From the NCBI RefSeq assembly GCF_009914755.1, contig NC_060931.1: DNA of 64,000 nucleotides; one strand, written 5' to 3'. The position numbers and the translations under genes were made by a program. Shown piece by piece: positions 52,158-64,000 of the stretch. Origin of the DNA: the human T2T-CHM13v2.0 reference genome, Homo sapiens. The notes under the pieces were generated by a model that saw nothing but the letters and a program-made list of their open reading frames with translations, did not search any database and was not told where the DNA came from. Each line of letters starts with the position of its first letter. Position 1 is the first letter of the stretch.

Positions 52158-52574
52158 TACATGAGTTTCTCGGGGCTACTGTAACAAAATACCACAGGCT
52201 GGGTGGCTCAAACAACAGAAATGTATTGCTTCACAGTTTTGAAGGCTGAAAGTCTGAGATCAAGGTGCTCGCAGGGTCTGTTGCTTTTGAGGGCTGTGAA
52301 GGAAAGGTCTGCTCCAGGTACTCCCCTCCATCCCCCACCCCCAGCATGAGTGGCCACCTTCATGCTCACATGGGTGTTCTCCCTGCCTGTGTCTGTCTCC
52401 AAATTTCCCTGTTAGGAGAACACCAGTGACATTGGATTCAGGCTCACCCTAAAACCTCATTTTCAGTTGATTACCTCTGTGAAGACCCTATCTCAAAAAA
52501 GGTAATATTCTGAGGTATCAGAGATTAGGACTTTAAATATTAAATTCTAGGGAGACACATGTAAACTCATAACA
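52158..52574 (-). mobile_element. MLT1-type solo LTR
   Basis: gggctactgtaacaaaataccacaggctgggtggctc ... aaactcataaca. Confidence 0.85.
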
Positions 52575-52767
52575 AAGACCTTCCCTAGGTACCCTACTTA
52601 AGATCCCACCCAGTTAGGGAGCCTGGCACTCCCTAATGCCCTTCCCTGCCTTAGCTTTTTTGCTCTTGAGAACCTTATTACCATCTAATGTGTCTGCTAC
52701 ATGTTACTTACCTGTTCTGTTTATGGCCTTTTTCCTTGGATCAAAGGTCCATGAAGAAGAGGTCTTT

Positions 52768-53116
<349 letters not shown>

Positions 53117-54071
53117 TCACCTAGAATAGTACCTGGCATACAGTAGATGATCAGTACATAGGATAGAAGATGGAGCTGATGAGGGCCACTGTAGACTAAT
53201 GTGAATGAGCTAATATTACCAGGTAGAGAGAGGTGGGTGGGGGGGTCAGCTATTGGTTGATTTAAGGAAGAAAAACACCATGCAAGTATAACATGGGGCC
53301 CAGGGTGAACCATCCCTTTTTTTGGCCTCTCCTGCTTTTACAATGGGGACTTCATCTCAACCCAGGCCTCAGAGTGCAGGCTCTGCCCTTTAGCTTGCAG
53401 ACTGCGTTCTAAATGAAAGCAGAGATTTCCTCCAAGCACAGAGCACACCACAGAGCACAGTGAACAGCCTGCTGTTTTCAGGCCCTTGTCAGAAATGATG
53501 ACGCTTGCATGTGGCAAACCAGCAGCTCAAGGTTTGGAAGGGGAGCTGCTGTTCAGGGATTCCTGGCCTGGAGTCCCTGCAGAGGGCCAGCAGGGAAAGG
53601 AATGGGGTGGCATCTAGCAAGAGCGCTTTGCCCAGTCCTCAGAGAAGTTGTGGCCCAAGGTCTAGTCAGCATTTTTGCCTCCAAACACAGGAATAATAAT
53701 AGCATGAATACTAACAGGAGTATTATCCCAACTTGGCAAGCTATAGGAAGATACCTTCATTCAGATAAATCAGCCAATACTTAGGGAGCCATTGCTTTGT
53801 CCTGGCATTGTGCAAGGCATGAGGGGATTCCAAAAGGAAATCTCTCATATTCTTATTTCACTTTAGCATGAACAAAGAACTCGCACATGCATTGTCCATT
53901 TCATTCTCACAACTGCCCTGTGATAGAAATGTTCTATTATCTTGTTTGACAAGAAGGGGAATGAGGATAAGAGAAGTCAAATGACTTACCCACAGCCATG
54001 TATATTCAATGATTGAGGAAAAATGTGGGTACACATCTTCTGGCATGCATCCTGTATTAATAATAATAACA

Positions 54072-54199
54072 GGCCGGGCGTGGTGGCTTATGCCTGTAAT
54101 CCCAGCACTTTAGGAGGCTGAGACTGGAGGATCGCTTGAGCACAGGAGTTTGAGACCATCCAGAGCAACATAGCGAGATCTCTTCTCTTAAAAAAAAAT

Positions 54200-54249
<50 letters not shown>

Positions 54250-54443
54250 TACATATAAGCCCAGTGTGGTGGTGCTCACCTGTAGTCCTAGCTACTCAGG
54301 AGGCTGAAGCTAGAAGATCCCTTGAGTCCATGAGTTCAAGGCTGCAGTGAGCTAAGATCATGCTGCTGAACTCCACTGTGGGTGACAGAGTGAGACCTTG
54401 TTTTTAAACACACACACACACACACATACACATACACACACAT
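54072..54443 (+). mobile_element. AluJ-type SINE with (CA)n in both linker and tail
   Basis: ggaggatcgcttgagc; (CA)n at ~54205-54250 and ~54408-54443. Confidence 0.9.
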
Positions 54444-55417
54444 AAAGTATCACTAATTGGATGTGAACTATGTACCAGGCACTGTATTTCGCACTTTATA
54501 TGCACTTTCTCATTTTACTTTTCACACAACCTTGTGAGGTAGGGAGCATTTTATGAGATGCAGAAACAGCAGTGAAGAGCAAGGTAGAAACTTTCGCCAG
54601 TTTTCCCAGCTCTTGATAATGGAAGGTGGTTCCTGAAAGAGTAGCAGGTGCAATCGGCTGCAGGAATTCAGATAAGAGATGGGGGCAGGGGCTCGATGTC
54701 AGATGGGACATCCAGGAGGGCTTCAGAGTGCACCAATCCTTATTTGGTAGGTAGAGAAGGAGTTCTGGGCACACTGTGTCGAGTGGGCAGAGAAGGGACA
54801 GGCCAGACCTGAGTGCTGGGGCCCGGCAGGGAGGCTGGGAGATGAGACAGGATGGGGCTGCACAGCTGGAGGCCAGGAGTACAGTGAGGAGCCAGGCGGA
54901 CCAAGTCCCTACCCTTAAGGAGGCAGTAGCCAGCTTGGCACTTGGCAGCATGCCGTGATGCATTGATTCCAGGGGCTTTTCTGTTTGTTTATTGCAGGCA
55001 TTCATCCCTGGTAGGACTGTGGAGTCAGCAGTGGGCACAGGACAGGGAAGGGGTGAGGTGTTCCTTTCCAGCATCCTCCCACGGCCTTTTCCCTTCCAGC
55101 TTCTGAGGCCTAGCCCAGGTCAACTGAATACAAAGAAGCATGAACAGTTCTTATTTCCTACATTAGTCAAGTCACTTAAAAAAAAACACCAAAAAACTAA
55201 TTAGTTCTGGCAACTGCAGGTCTACACCAGCTTTCCTAACCACCGTGAGCTGAAAGGGTCTTAAAAGTCTCCTGAGACGGCTGTCATCTGATTTCTGGAT
55301 TGCCCTTGCAACCATCTCTGCTGGTTGATTTCGGGTCTGTTTGCACATCTCTGATGGGGAAGAGCTCATTGTCCTGAAGGCAATTCTGGTGGCCTGGGCT
55401 GCTCTAGTTAGGGCCAA

Positions 55418-55418
<1 letters not shown>

Positions 55419-55460
<42 letters not shown>
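55419..55460. repeat. Perfect (AC)21 microsatellite
   Basis: Read directly. Confidence 0.97.
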
Positions 55461-55464
<4 letters not shown>

Positions 55465-55575
55465 ACACAGAGGTATATACGTATCCTTCTCAGTCTGGCC
55501 TCCAGATTTCCCACCTTGAAAGGGACTTGAGAGTTGAGACACCACAGCCCTGTTGTTGCTGTAGAACTTGGGAAG

Positions 55576-55885
55576 GGCAGGGCACGGTGGCTCATGCCTG
55601 TAATCCCAGCACTTTGGGAGGCTGAGGCGGGAGGATTGCTTGAGCCCAGGAGTTTGTGACCAGCCTGGGCAACATGGCAAGACCCCATCTCTACAAAAAA
55701 TACAAAAATTAGCCACGCATGGTGGTACACACCTGTAGTCCCAGCTACTTAGGGGGGCTGAGGTGGGAAGATCACCTGAGCCCGGGGAGGTTGAGGCTGC
55801 AGTGAGGCATGAGCTGTGATCATGTCACTGCACTCCAGCCTAAGTGACAGAGTGAGACCCTATCTCAAAAAAAAAAAAAAAAAAA
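55576..55885 (+). mobile_element. AluJ-type SINE
   Basis: ggaggattgcttgagcccaggag; TSD agaacttggg[a/c]ag with an extra partial copy agaacttga after the tail. Confidence 0.92.
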
Positions 55886-57648
55886 GAACTTGAAGAACTT
55901 GGGCAGCAGCTCTTGCCGCTGTCTCAAGGCTTCCAGGTGGGCTAATTGCTTTAATTGCTTTGAGACTTCAATGTCTTTGCCCTCTGTTGATGTCGTGTTG
56001 TTTTTTGGTCGGGACCCCAAGAACAAGGTGACCAGTAGAGGGATTTTCTCAGGAAGTGATTTTCACTCAAGTTGGGAACTTTCACACAACTTGGGAACTT
56101 CCAGATGTCTGTGAGTAAGAGGGGCCTTCCAGAGACAAGGGTACACTATTACTTCCCATGGTGGCATTTCGGGCAAGCCAGCCTCTGAGGCTGGGACTGC
56201 TGTTCAGGGTCTTCCAGGGAGAGGAAAAGTCCAACCAGGAGAACTTGGCGTTTCTACCCACCCATTTCCAGGTTGGAAACCTGGGAATATAGGAACCACC
56301 CAGAGATAATGGCGTGAATCCCCAACAGGGGAGCTTGTTCTTTTAGAGGAAGATTTCCAGACCTGTTGAGATCTTCTTCACGGTGTGGCTGTAGCAGAAA
56401 ATAATGGTGACATGATATGGCTAGACAGGGGGGGCTTGGTTTACCCTGGTTCACAAGTGTCACGTGAGGAGAATTTGGAAGTTCCTTAACTCCAGGCTGG
56501 AGGGAGAGCAGTGGACTCAGAAGGTGGCTACAGAGTTTACTATGGGACTGCCGTGGTGAGCAGTGACATGACCTTGTGGCAGAAATGCCCATAAAGCTAA
56601 CCATAGGGTACTGTCTCAATTCCCAACACTTGGAAGACCCCCATCCCCAGGATAAGGATGGATGATTAGAAGCCACAGTGGGGCCAAACACAGGCCGAGT
56701 TTCTCCTGGGCAGGAGAAACAAAATAAAGAAATGCGACTGGACCCAGCTCTGAGTCTGGCTGGATCAGGGATCTGAGTGCATTCCCCAGGAGCCCTGCAC
56801 TAGCTCAGTCCTCAGGATGCCACTTTCTGCCTAGAAAGTCAGCCCTGCTGCTTAGGTGCTGGGAAGGGGAACTGCTATGGCTCTGTTTAGGCAAGAGAAA
56901 TTCCTGCTGCCTTCAGTAACAGGAGTACTTCAGTAAAGAACATCAGCAAGTCTAATGCTTTAGGAATCTCATTTGTTGAAAGTAGTGAATGAAGAGCAAA
57001 GGCTCATGGGGTATTCAGAAGACCTCAGACAAAAAACCTCAGACGCAACCTCATGCCTTGAGTAGGATTCTGTTGCTAGTGCACCAGGGCCAGGACCAGA
57101 AGTTTCATTTTGAGTTTTGAGTTTTGCTAACAGGAACAGGCTTCTGAGTTCACGGGAGGCCTGTGCATCTTCCCAGTACCGGCTATCCCACTCGAAATTG
57201 AAGAAAATCTCATCACGTCCTTAGCAATGGGTATTTCTCTTTCTTTCCTATTCCCTTCCCAAGCTGGAACCTAGGGCTTCTTCCCATTCTCCCTTCATCT
57301 CCTGCATTCTCCAGGTTCCAGGAGGACCCCATGGGGTCAGCCCCTACAGATGAAGTGATTTAGGGATCAGGACTTCTCTCTTCCAGTGGCTGCCTTAGAG
57401 ACAATGCCCTTGTGTTTTCTCTTCCCATTTCCCCTTGTTTCACAGAAGTGCCACTTCCTGGTGATGAAAAACCCAAGAAAATTATCTTCAGGTCTTCTTT
57501 CCCATTTCTCATAAAAAGCCAAGCCCTTTGCATGGATGTGCGACAACAGGTGGCTTCATCCACGAGGTACTGTGCTGAGCCAATACTGCCGCCCACAAGT
57601 GGACGGAGGGAAAGGGCAATTTGTCAAGAAAAGACTGTCCTGAGAGAC

Positions 57649-58065
57649 TGTATTAGTCAGCTGAGGCTACATTCTGCTGAGTAAGAAACCACTACCAGAC
57701 CTCAGAGACTTCTAGTGATGATGTCTGATTTCTCACTCAAGTTAGACGTCGTTCACAAGCCAGGACTCTGCTCCATGTTTCCTGTGATCCAGGACCCAGG
57801 CTGACAGGGGTGCCTTCATCTGGAGCAGGGCAGGTCTCACAGCACAGCAGGCATGGCAGGTGCAGGCTACCTCATAAAGCTTCCACAGACATGTCTCCCC
57901 ATTTTTCACTGGACAGAGCAAGACACTGGGCCACTCCTGGGTTCAAGAAGGTGAGGTTTATAATCCCCCTGCAAGGGGGAGATGGACACATGCCAAAGGC
58001 CAAACTTGACCTCGATGGGCAAGATGTACAAATTTCCTGTTTATACAGAGAGAAGATGCTGAACA
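57649..58065 (-). mobile_element. Old MLT1 (J-L type) LTR
   Basis: tgtattagtcagctgaggcta; caggacccaggctgac; ttcactggacagagcaag..ggccactcctggg. Confidence 0.6.
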
Positions 58066-61000
58066 CTCAGTCTGCGCTAGTGTATATACCGCCTGGCATC
58101 CCACTGCCCCAGAGCATCCTTATTATCCCTGTGCTGCTCCATCCACTCATGGCTCTTCCGCTGTCAGGACCTCTATCCTGGGCCCCGGGCATCACCACTG
58201 GGCTGGTAGCTGCACTCAGTATCTGGGCTGGTGAGGGACAGTTCCTGGTCCTGCTCAAGTAGGGTGAGGCAATGACAATGGTTGCCAGATTCCCCAGATT
58301 TCAGACTCTGAGAACACTGATGCAATTTCCAAAATAGGGTGTTTAGGTTCTGCAATAACCCAATGGCAGGATAAGTGATTTAGGCTTCTATGGGCTGCCT
58401 GAAAACCTCTTCATCTACTTGTAGCTCTTTCAGTGAGCAAATGACTTCTGAGTTCCAACCCCCTGAGCATCATATGCTGCCAGAACAGAGCTATTTAATC
58501 CACACACATCACAGAGAAAGCAAGAAACTAAGAGGCATGAATAGTGTCTTTAACATAGTCTCATATTTGGAAAAGCAGTTTTAAAAAAAAATTGAAAATA
58601 CAAGATAAGGTAAGGGTTACTTATATAAGTTTTAACCTTATATTGCTTGGCCATTTTTACATATAAATTATTGCTTACTAGCTTCGATAAATACACAGCA
58701 CAGTCATATACATATATATTATATATATACACAGAGGCAGAAAGCATGGAATATGGGAAAGAAAACACTGTTAATGGCAATTCTGGTAACTCAACAAATG
58801 TTTCATATTTACCAGTTCTTTAAATGGTGGAAAACTACCAAGTGTAGTCCCTGAGAAGTTAGGTAGACACCCTGATGGCGGGTTCTCTATCTTCTAATTG
58901 TTAATGCAAGCTGACAATATCACAGCAGCCCTAATTAATGATACATTAAAAGGCAAGATTTCTTGCTTCAGGTCACTGATTTCATCCCAGTATTTAATAA
59001 CAGTGTGATACGAATACAATAAATAGACTATGCAAATAAATATTACTCTGCTAAAAAATGTTTAGTATATACAGCTTTGCTTTATACAGTAATACATTTG
59101 CATCTAACTTTTTGGCAATTTTTAAAAACTTCCCCCCCGCCCCCCCACCAGTTTTAAGCAAAACTGGCCCACTCGCTAAGAAGCAGGCTGAAATTTTAAG
59201 GACATGTTTTTGAAACATTTAAAAGAAATCCTGTGTTGGACCACTGCGGAAGACCCGATCGTCCCCATTTTAATGTTTTTGCCCAGTTTCTGAAAAGCCT
59301 GGATTGGCTGCGCCATTTAGGAACATTCAGTTCCGGATCTGCGGTGTCTGTGCTGGCTAGAACAGACTCGCAGGGCTGGGATATGGGTAGCAGTGAAAGC
59401 CCAGCTCCAGGGATAAGAAGTCATCACTGGTACTCTCTCTTTCATGCCACGATTTCTCCTCCACTCAGAGGCAAGTATATATTCATGCAGCATCCTCTCC
59501 CTGTGGACTAGGCAGTGTGAGCACTGACCTTATCCACATGCTTCTAAATTCGGTGTATGCTCCACACTACCTGTTTGTGGTTCTCGGTCTAGGGAAATGA
59601 ATTTATTCTAAACATAATTAAGGAAACTAGAAAAAAGTGAATGCAGGTCATGTGTATCACTATAATCATTTGGCAATTATACAGATGACAAAGAGCAAAT
59701 TCAAAACACCACACTCTAGGGAACACCTGCAAATGTGTATGTAAAAAAAAATTTTTTTTAATAGCAAGGTTGTGATTTTGCCTACGGGGTCCTGCATTCT
59801 GCTGTCTTGTGCTAACTTCTAAGCAGGGCTAGTTTGCTGGAATGCTGACGAATCCAAAGACCCACAGGACTGTCTGAGAGTTGTGCTGTAACAAAAAGAG
59901 CCCACTTAGAAGTGCCCCTGCACCACCTGGTGCCGAAGGTGCCAGATTACGTAAGATTTGCAGAGTGAGCGAAGATTTTATGCAATAATAAAACTCCAAA
60001 TGAGAGCTGGCAAAGAGCTTAGCCATCTTCTAGACCACGCTTCTAGCCAGAACAAACCCTATTCTGAAGAGGCCTTGGTGAATATCCAGAGAGGGTGCAT
60101 GGCCCATCCTATTAACAAGGAGCACTCAAGCCCCACCACTGTCCACCAGTGAACAGCTCAGATTCCTTAGAAAGAGCTTTCTGTTGAGTAAAATCTGGTT
60201 CTCACAATTCGGGCTTGAATTCTTTAATTCCAGATCTAAGATTCTGCAAAGCTTTGGAAACTTCTGAGAGCTGCTGCCTGGCAAACCTCTGGAGACAGTT
60301 GTTAAACTTCAGAAAGATGCAGAGATTTTAGACATTCAGAAGACAAGGATGGAAAAGCAAATCTTGACTGCACAAAATCCTCCCTTCCCTCTGCTACCCC
60401 TAGGACCACCTAACCACGGCTGGAGGAAGAGGTGAACAAGCATCATTTTCTCCCCAGCCAGTTTACACCCATGTCATGTGAGATACTCTGAAGTCACTGT
60501 ACAAAATGCATTTAAATACCACATTTGTGTAGCTTCATCTGGCTTGGTGGGCATATCTGACTTGGGGTCTGAGCAGCATGCAATATGCTGAAATAGTTCT
60601 CCATGGAAAATTAGTCCCCTAAAGGTAATGTTCTACTAGGAGCAATGTAGTTCTAATGTAAATAAAAATCCAAATTTTGAAACACAGAAACAATGTCAGG
60701 ATGGCCTTATATGATTACACTGGCCAAACCTTAGTCCAGGGCATAGGAAAAAGGTGAGAACACGTGCTTGTGCTGTAAGCCCATGCTATTGTTAGTAACT
60801 GCGTGAGGAGGGCTTTGGAGGGTTTGCTCAGCCCAGCCGTGAGGGAAGTCTGCTCTCCGGTTCTCACGGCTCTGGTGTCCTGTGGGCCACATTCCATGAC
60901 GGCAGCATGCAGCATTTCTCTGAATGGACCAGCCCTGGAGGATGCCCTTCTATAAAACCCTATAAATGTTCAGGACTGAAGTTTTACATGCTGGGCCAAA

Positions 61001-64000
61001 CTAAGTCTCTCTCAAAGTTCTCCCAAACCTTCTCTCCACATGGTTCCTTCCAGCAGTATCTCAAGCTCAGTGTGGTTCCTGAGCCCAGGAAACAGCACTG
61101 CTATAAAGATGTCAAAAAGCATTGGACACGCCTCAGTAATGAGGATGAATGAGGCGTTGATGAGACAAAAAGGAAACAGGTCTGTGTGGGCATGAAAGAG
61201 ATGAACAGGCAGGAAGAGTGAGAAGTGCACCAAGACTCCTGCATTTGGAAAATGAATGGACCAGGCCCTTGCATTTTAGCAAGGTGACAAGTATCTAGCA
61301 GGCAGGGGTGGATTTCATTATTTTGACCCATAGGCTGTTTTGTTCATGTGAAGGTTGAAAGAAATCCTCTAACCAGTCCTTGAAAATATCAAGAGGTCTT
61401 ATTTGCTACAGGAGCCTCAATTGGTAAAAATGGGAATAATAAGATTTTAGAAGACTCAGATTTTGAAAAAAAAAAAAAAAAGGCAAATTATAGAAAGGCT
61501 CCCTGCTTTGGCTGGTAGTTGGATTACAGGACTTCTAAGTTGCCAACATTAATCAGACATTTGGCTATTTCAGGGCATTTTTCATTTGCCAAAACACTAG
61601 TAATTACCACTATCTTATTACCTAGAGAGTGCTAAGTGCTTCACTCATTAAATGTCACTTAACCTCCCTGCACTGGCTGCTGTCATTCCATAGTGTGGGC
61701 AAGGAGCCTGTATGAGGTACGCAAAATGCATCATCAGGCACAAGAATGCAGACTTTTGTGACTCTGTCACCTCAGCAAGCAGTTGGTGAGTGTTTGCAAT
61801 GTGTCAGGCACTGTGCTTTTTCAAAATCATATTATGTCCAATAAAAGATAAGAGCCTGCTTAGAAGTATAAAGAAAATCCCCAGAAATTAAACAATGAGT
61901 CAATTTCTTAAAGATTACTATTTTTCCTTACTGGCAAAGCAACTTCATCTACCTTGCCTATAGCTGCAAATCAGTTGTACAGAAACTAATTTCACCTGCA
62001 AGCATGTGTCAATAGTTGATTGTGGTGCAAAGTGATGCACACCTTGACATTGTTCATCTGCCCATCAGAGCATGGATGCTAGCTGCAGTCCTCACTAACT
62101 CCCTAGACACAAGTGGCTTTTGGTGATGTCACAGGTTGTATCAACAGAAACCTCTCCTCCCTGGAGATCTAGAGATGCTGTCTCTGTCATCAGGTGTTCA
62201 AAAGAATGACTTCTTTGACAGCTTATGGACAGTAATCTAAAACTAGGCAAAGTAAAAACTCCTTCCTGTTTCATGCACGCTCTTAATGAAATATTTGGTC
62301 ATTGCATGTCAAGACGTTGTCTTGTCTTGATGCTGGCACATCTCATATTGAAAACTGGACTGGATCAACAATGTGATCATAAGAAACCAGCCTTCTCCAT
62401 CTCAAGAATGCTTCTGACTCTCCTTCTGCCTTCTTGTCCCGAGAGTAGCATGGAGAAACCTCTCCCCCTCTCTGGTGGCTGACATCACTTCCTGAACACG
62501 CTTTGGCTGGCTTTCCTGTGAATGTCTTGGGTTATACTGATAAAACTCAGCAACTTCTTTTCTCACAGGAAAGCAACGTGCTTGGCATAGACATTCCCGT
62601 AGCTCAAAGTGCTGCAGATACAGGGGAGGTGAGGCAGTGGGGCTCACACCCGAGGCTCGATCCTGTGTGAGAGCTCAAACAGAGCCTGCTGGCTGTCAAT
62701 GACATACAGGTGATTAACATAGGACTTTAACTCTTGATGCTCTTTTGGAGACAGGTCACCTGTTGTTTAGAGGGGGAAAAAAGACAATCTCAGGAGAGCA
62801 GTAATGCTGTATCTACATACCAACAAAACCCCACACTAAGGCTGAGTAAATGTACTAGGTGGGTTCTCATTAGTCAGAATCCCATAAGAGGTGTCCTTGT
62901 CCTACAGTAGAAATGCTTTTTCAGCTCAGAATGGATTCCTCAGGTCAGGCAATCAGACTGGCAGGATACTTATAGCATTTATTACCTAACATTGTATATT
63001 ATTTAGAAATTACGTTATTATCTCATTCCACAGATGGGGAAACTGAGCACAGTCACGCAGCAAGTTAACTGTCACAGCCAGGATTCGGACCCAGGACAGA
63101 TGGTTCCTGAGTCCTTTTAGGTAGCCTTTCACAGCAGTTACCTGTTTAAATGGCCAGCACTGGGTCCTATATCTCAGTCTAGAAGCGTTGAAAATCGCTG
63201 ATAATGTATTTAGCATATGAATGCAATCACTCTTTTTCTGTTGTTTAGATTTTGTACAATTCTTTGGTATTCTCATTTTTTGGAAAAAAAAATTTAATGG
63301 AGCAACTGAATGAACAGATACAACAGAACAGACTCTAAGATGTGGTTAACAGACGAAATAGCTTCAGAAAGTATGTGTATGGACTAAAGTCTACCCAGAG
63401 AAGGACAAGACAAGGGGCTTTTCCACTCACATATCTAGGGCAGTCAAGGAATCGAGGGGCCAAAGGAGGCTTTAGTGCACTGTGAACACATCCACACCCT
63501 GCTAGCGTCCGTGCTGATAAGGAACCAGGATGAAGCAGCATGAACCACGAGGCAAGCCCGTGCACCACAGTCAAACACACACACACACAAGCAAACCATT
63601 TGAGGCTGGGGAACACTGGCCAAACTGCACTACAGTAAAACAATGGAAAGGTGAGTGGCGAAGACATCATATCCTGTTGCTTTGTAGATTATGCATGGGA
63701 CAGGCAGGGTGAGCTGCTGGAGCTCAGTTTGAGCAGAGGGAAGGGAAATGCAGGAGGCTGAGCATTTTCTTATAGCATTTTTTTCTCTTGGTGAAACCCC
63801 CTTTTTTCTCCTCTATAACAAATGTATTTTATGAGGAAATAATTTAAGACCTGTATGACATGGGTGGCTTATAATTCTTAGGTTTAATAGAAACAAGGCT
63901 TCCTGGTTTTAGCAAGTAAACACACTAGGTGTTAAAGTTTATACCATCCCACCTGTTTGAAAGTAACAAAAAGCTGTTTTATTCCAGAATGCCTTCCCTG

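Noticed and set aside
54496-55074. Longest ORF in the window (192 aa, minus)
   Set aside because: Runs into MIR-like sequence, no recognisable protein similarity or supporting gene structure

Overview
This is non-coding, repeat-rich primate genomic DNA, most likely human (Alu, L1PA, THE1, LTR12 and Hsmar1/MADE1 are all present). I cannot support any intact protein-coding gene or identify the locus. The recognisable ORFs are read-throughs of Alu, THE1, LTR12, L1, ERVL or Hsmar1 sequence, and the rest resemble no protein I recognise. Main landmarks: a CpG-island-like promoter candidate (~23.0-23.9 kb), a full-length THE1 provirus splitting a MIR, a four-level nest (hAT-Charlie > MER4-type LTR > LTR12C > 28S rRNA fragment), a decayed ERVL pro/pol segment, a near full-length Hsmar1 that keeps its three catalytic Asp codons, and a strong CTCF motif at 44.1 kb. 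The most unusual observations are (1) a 77-bp tailless, antisense 28S rRNA fragment inside the LTR12C, flanked by an 11-bp GC-rich duplication, (2) three separate local direct duplications, each with a short stutter at one junction, and (3) back-to-back near-perfect hairpins at 10.4 kb. Repeat subfamily names come from recalled consensus sequences and need Dfam/RepeatMasker confirmation. I found no evidence of a new multi-gene system.
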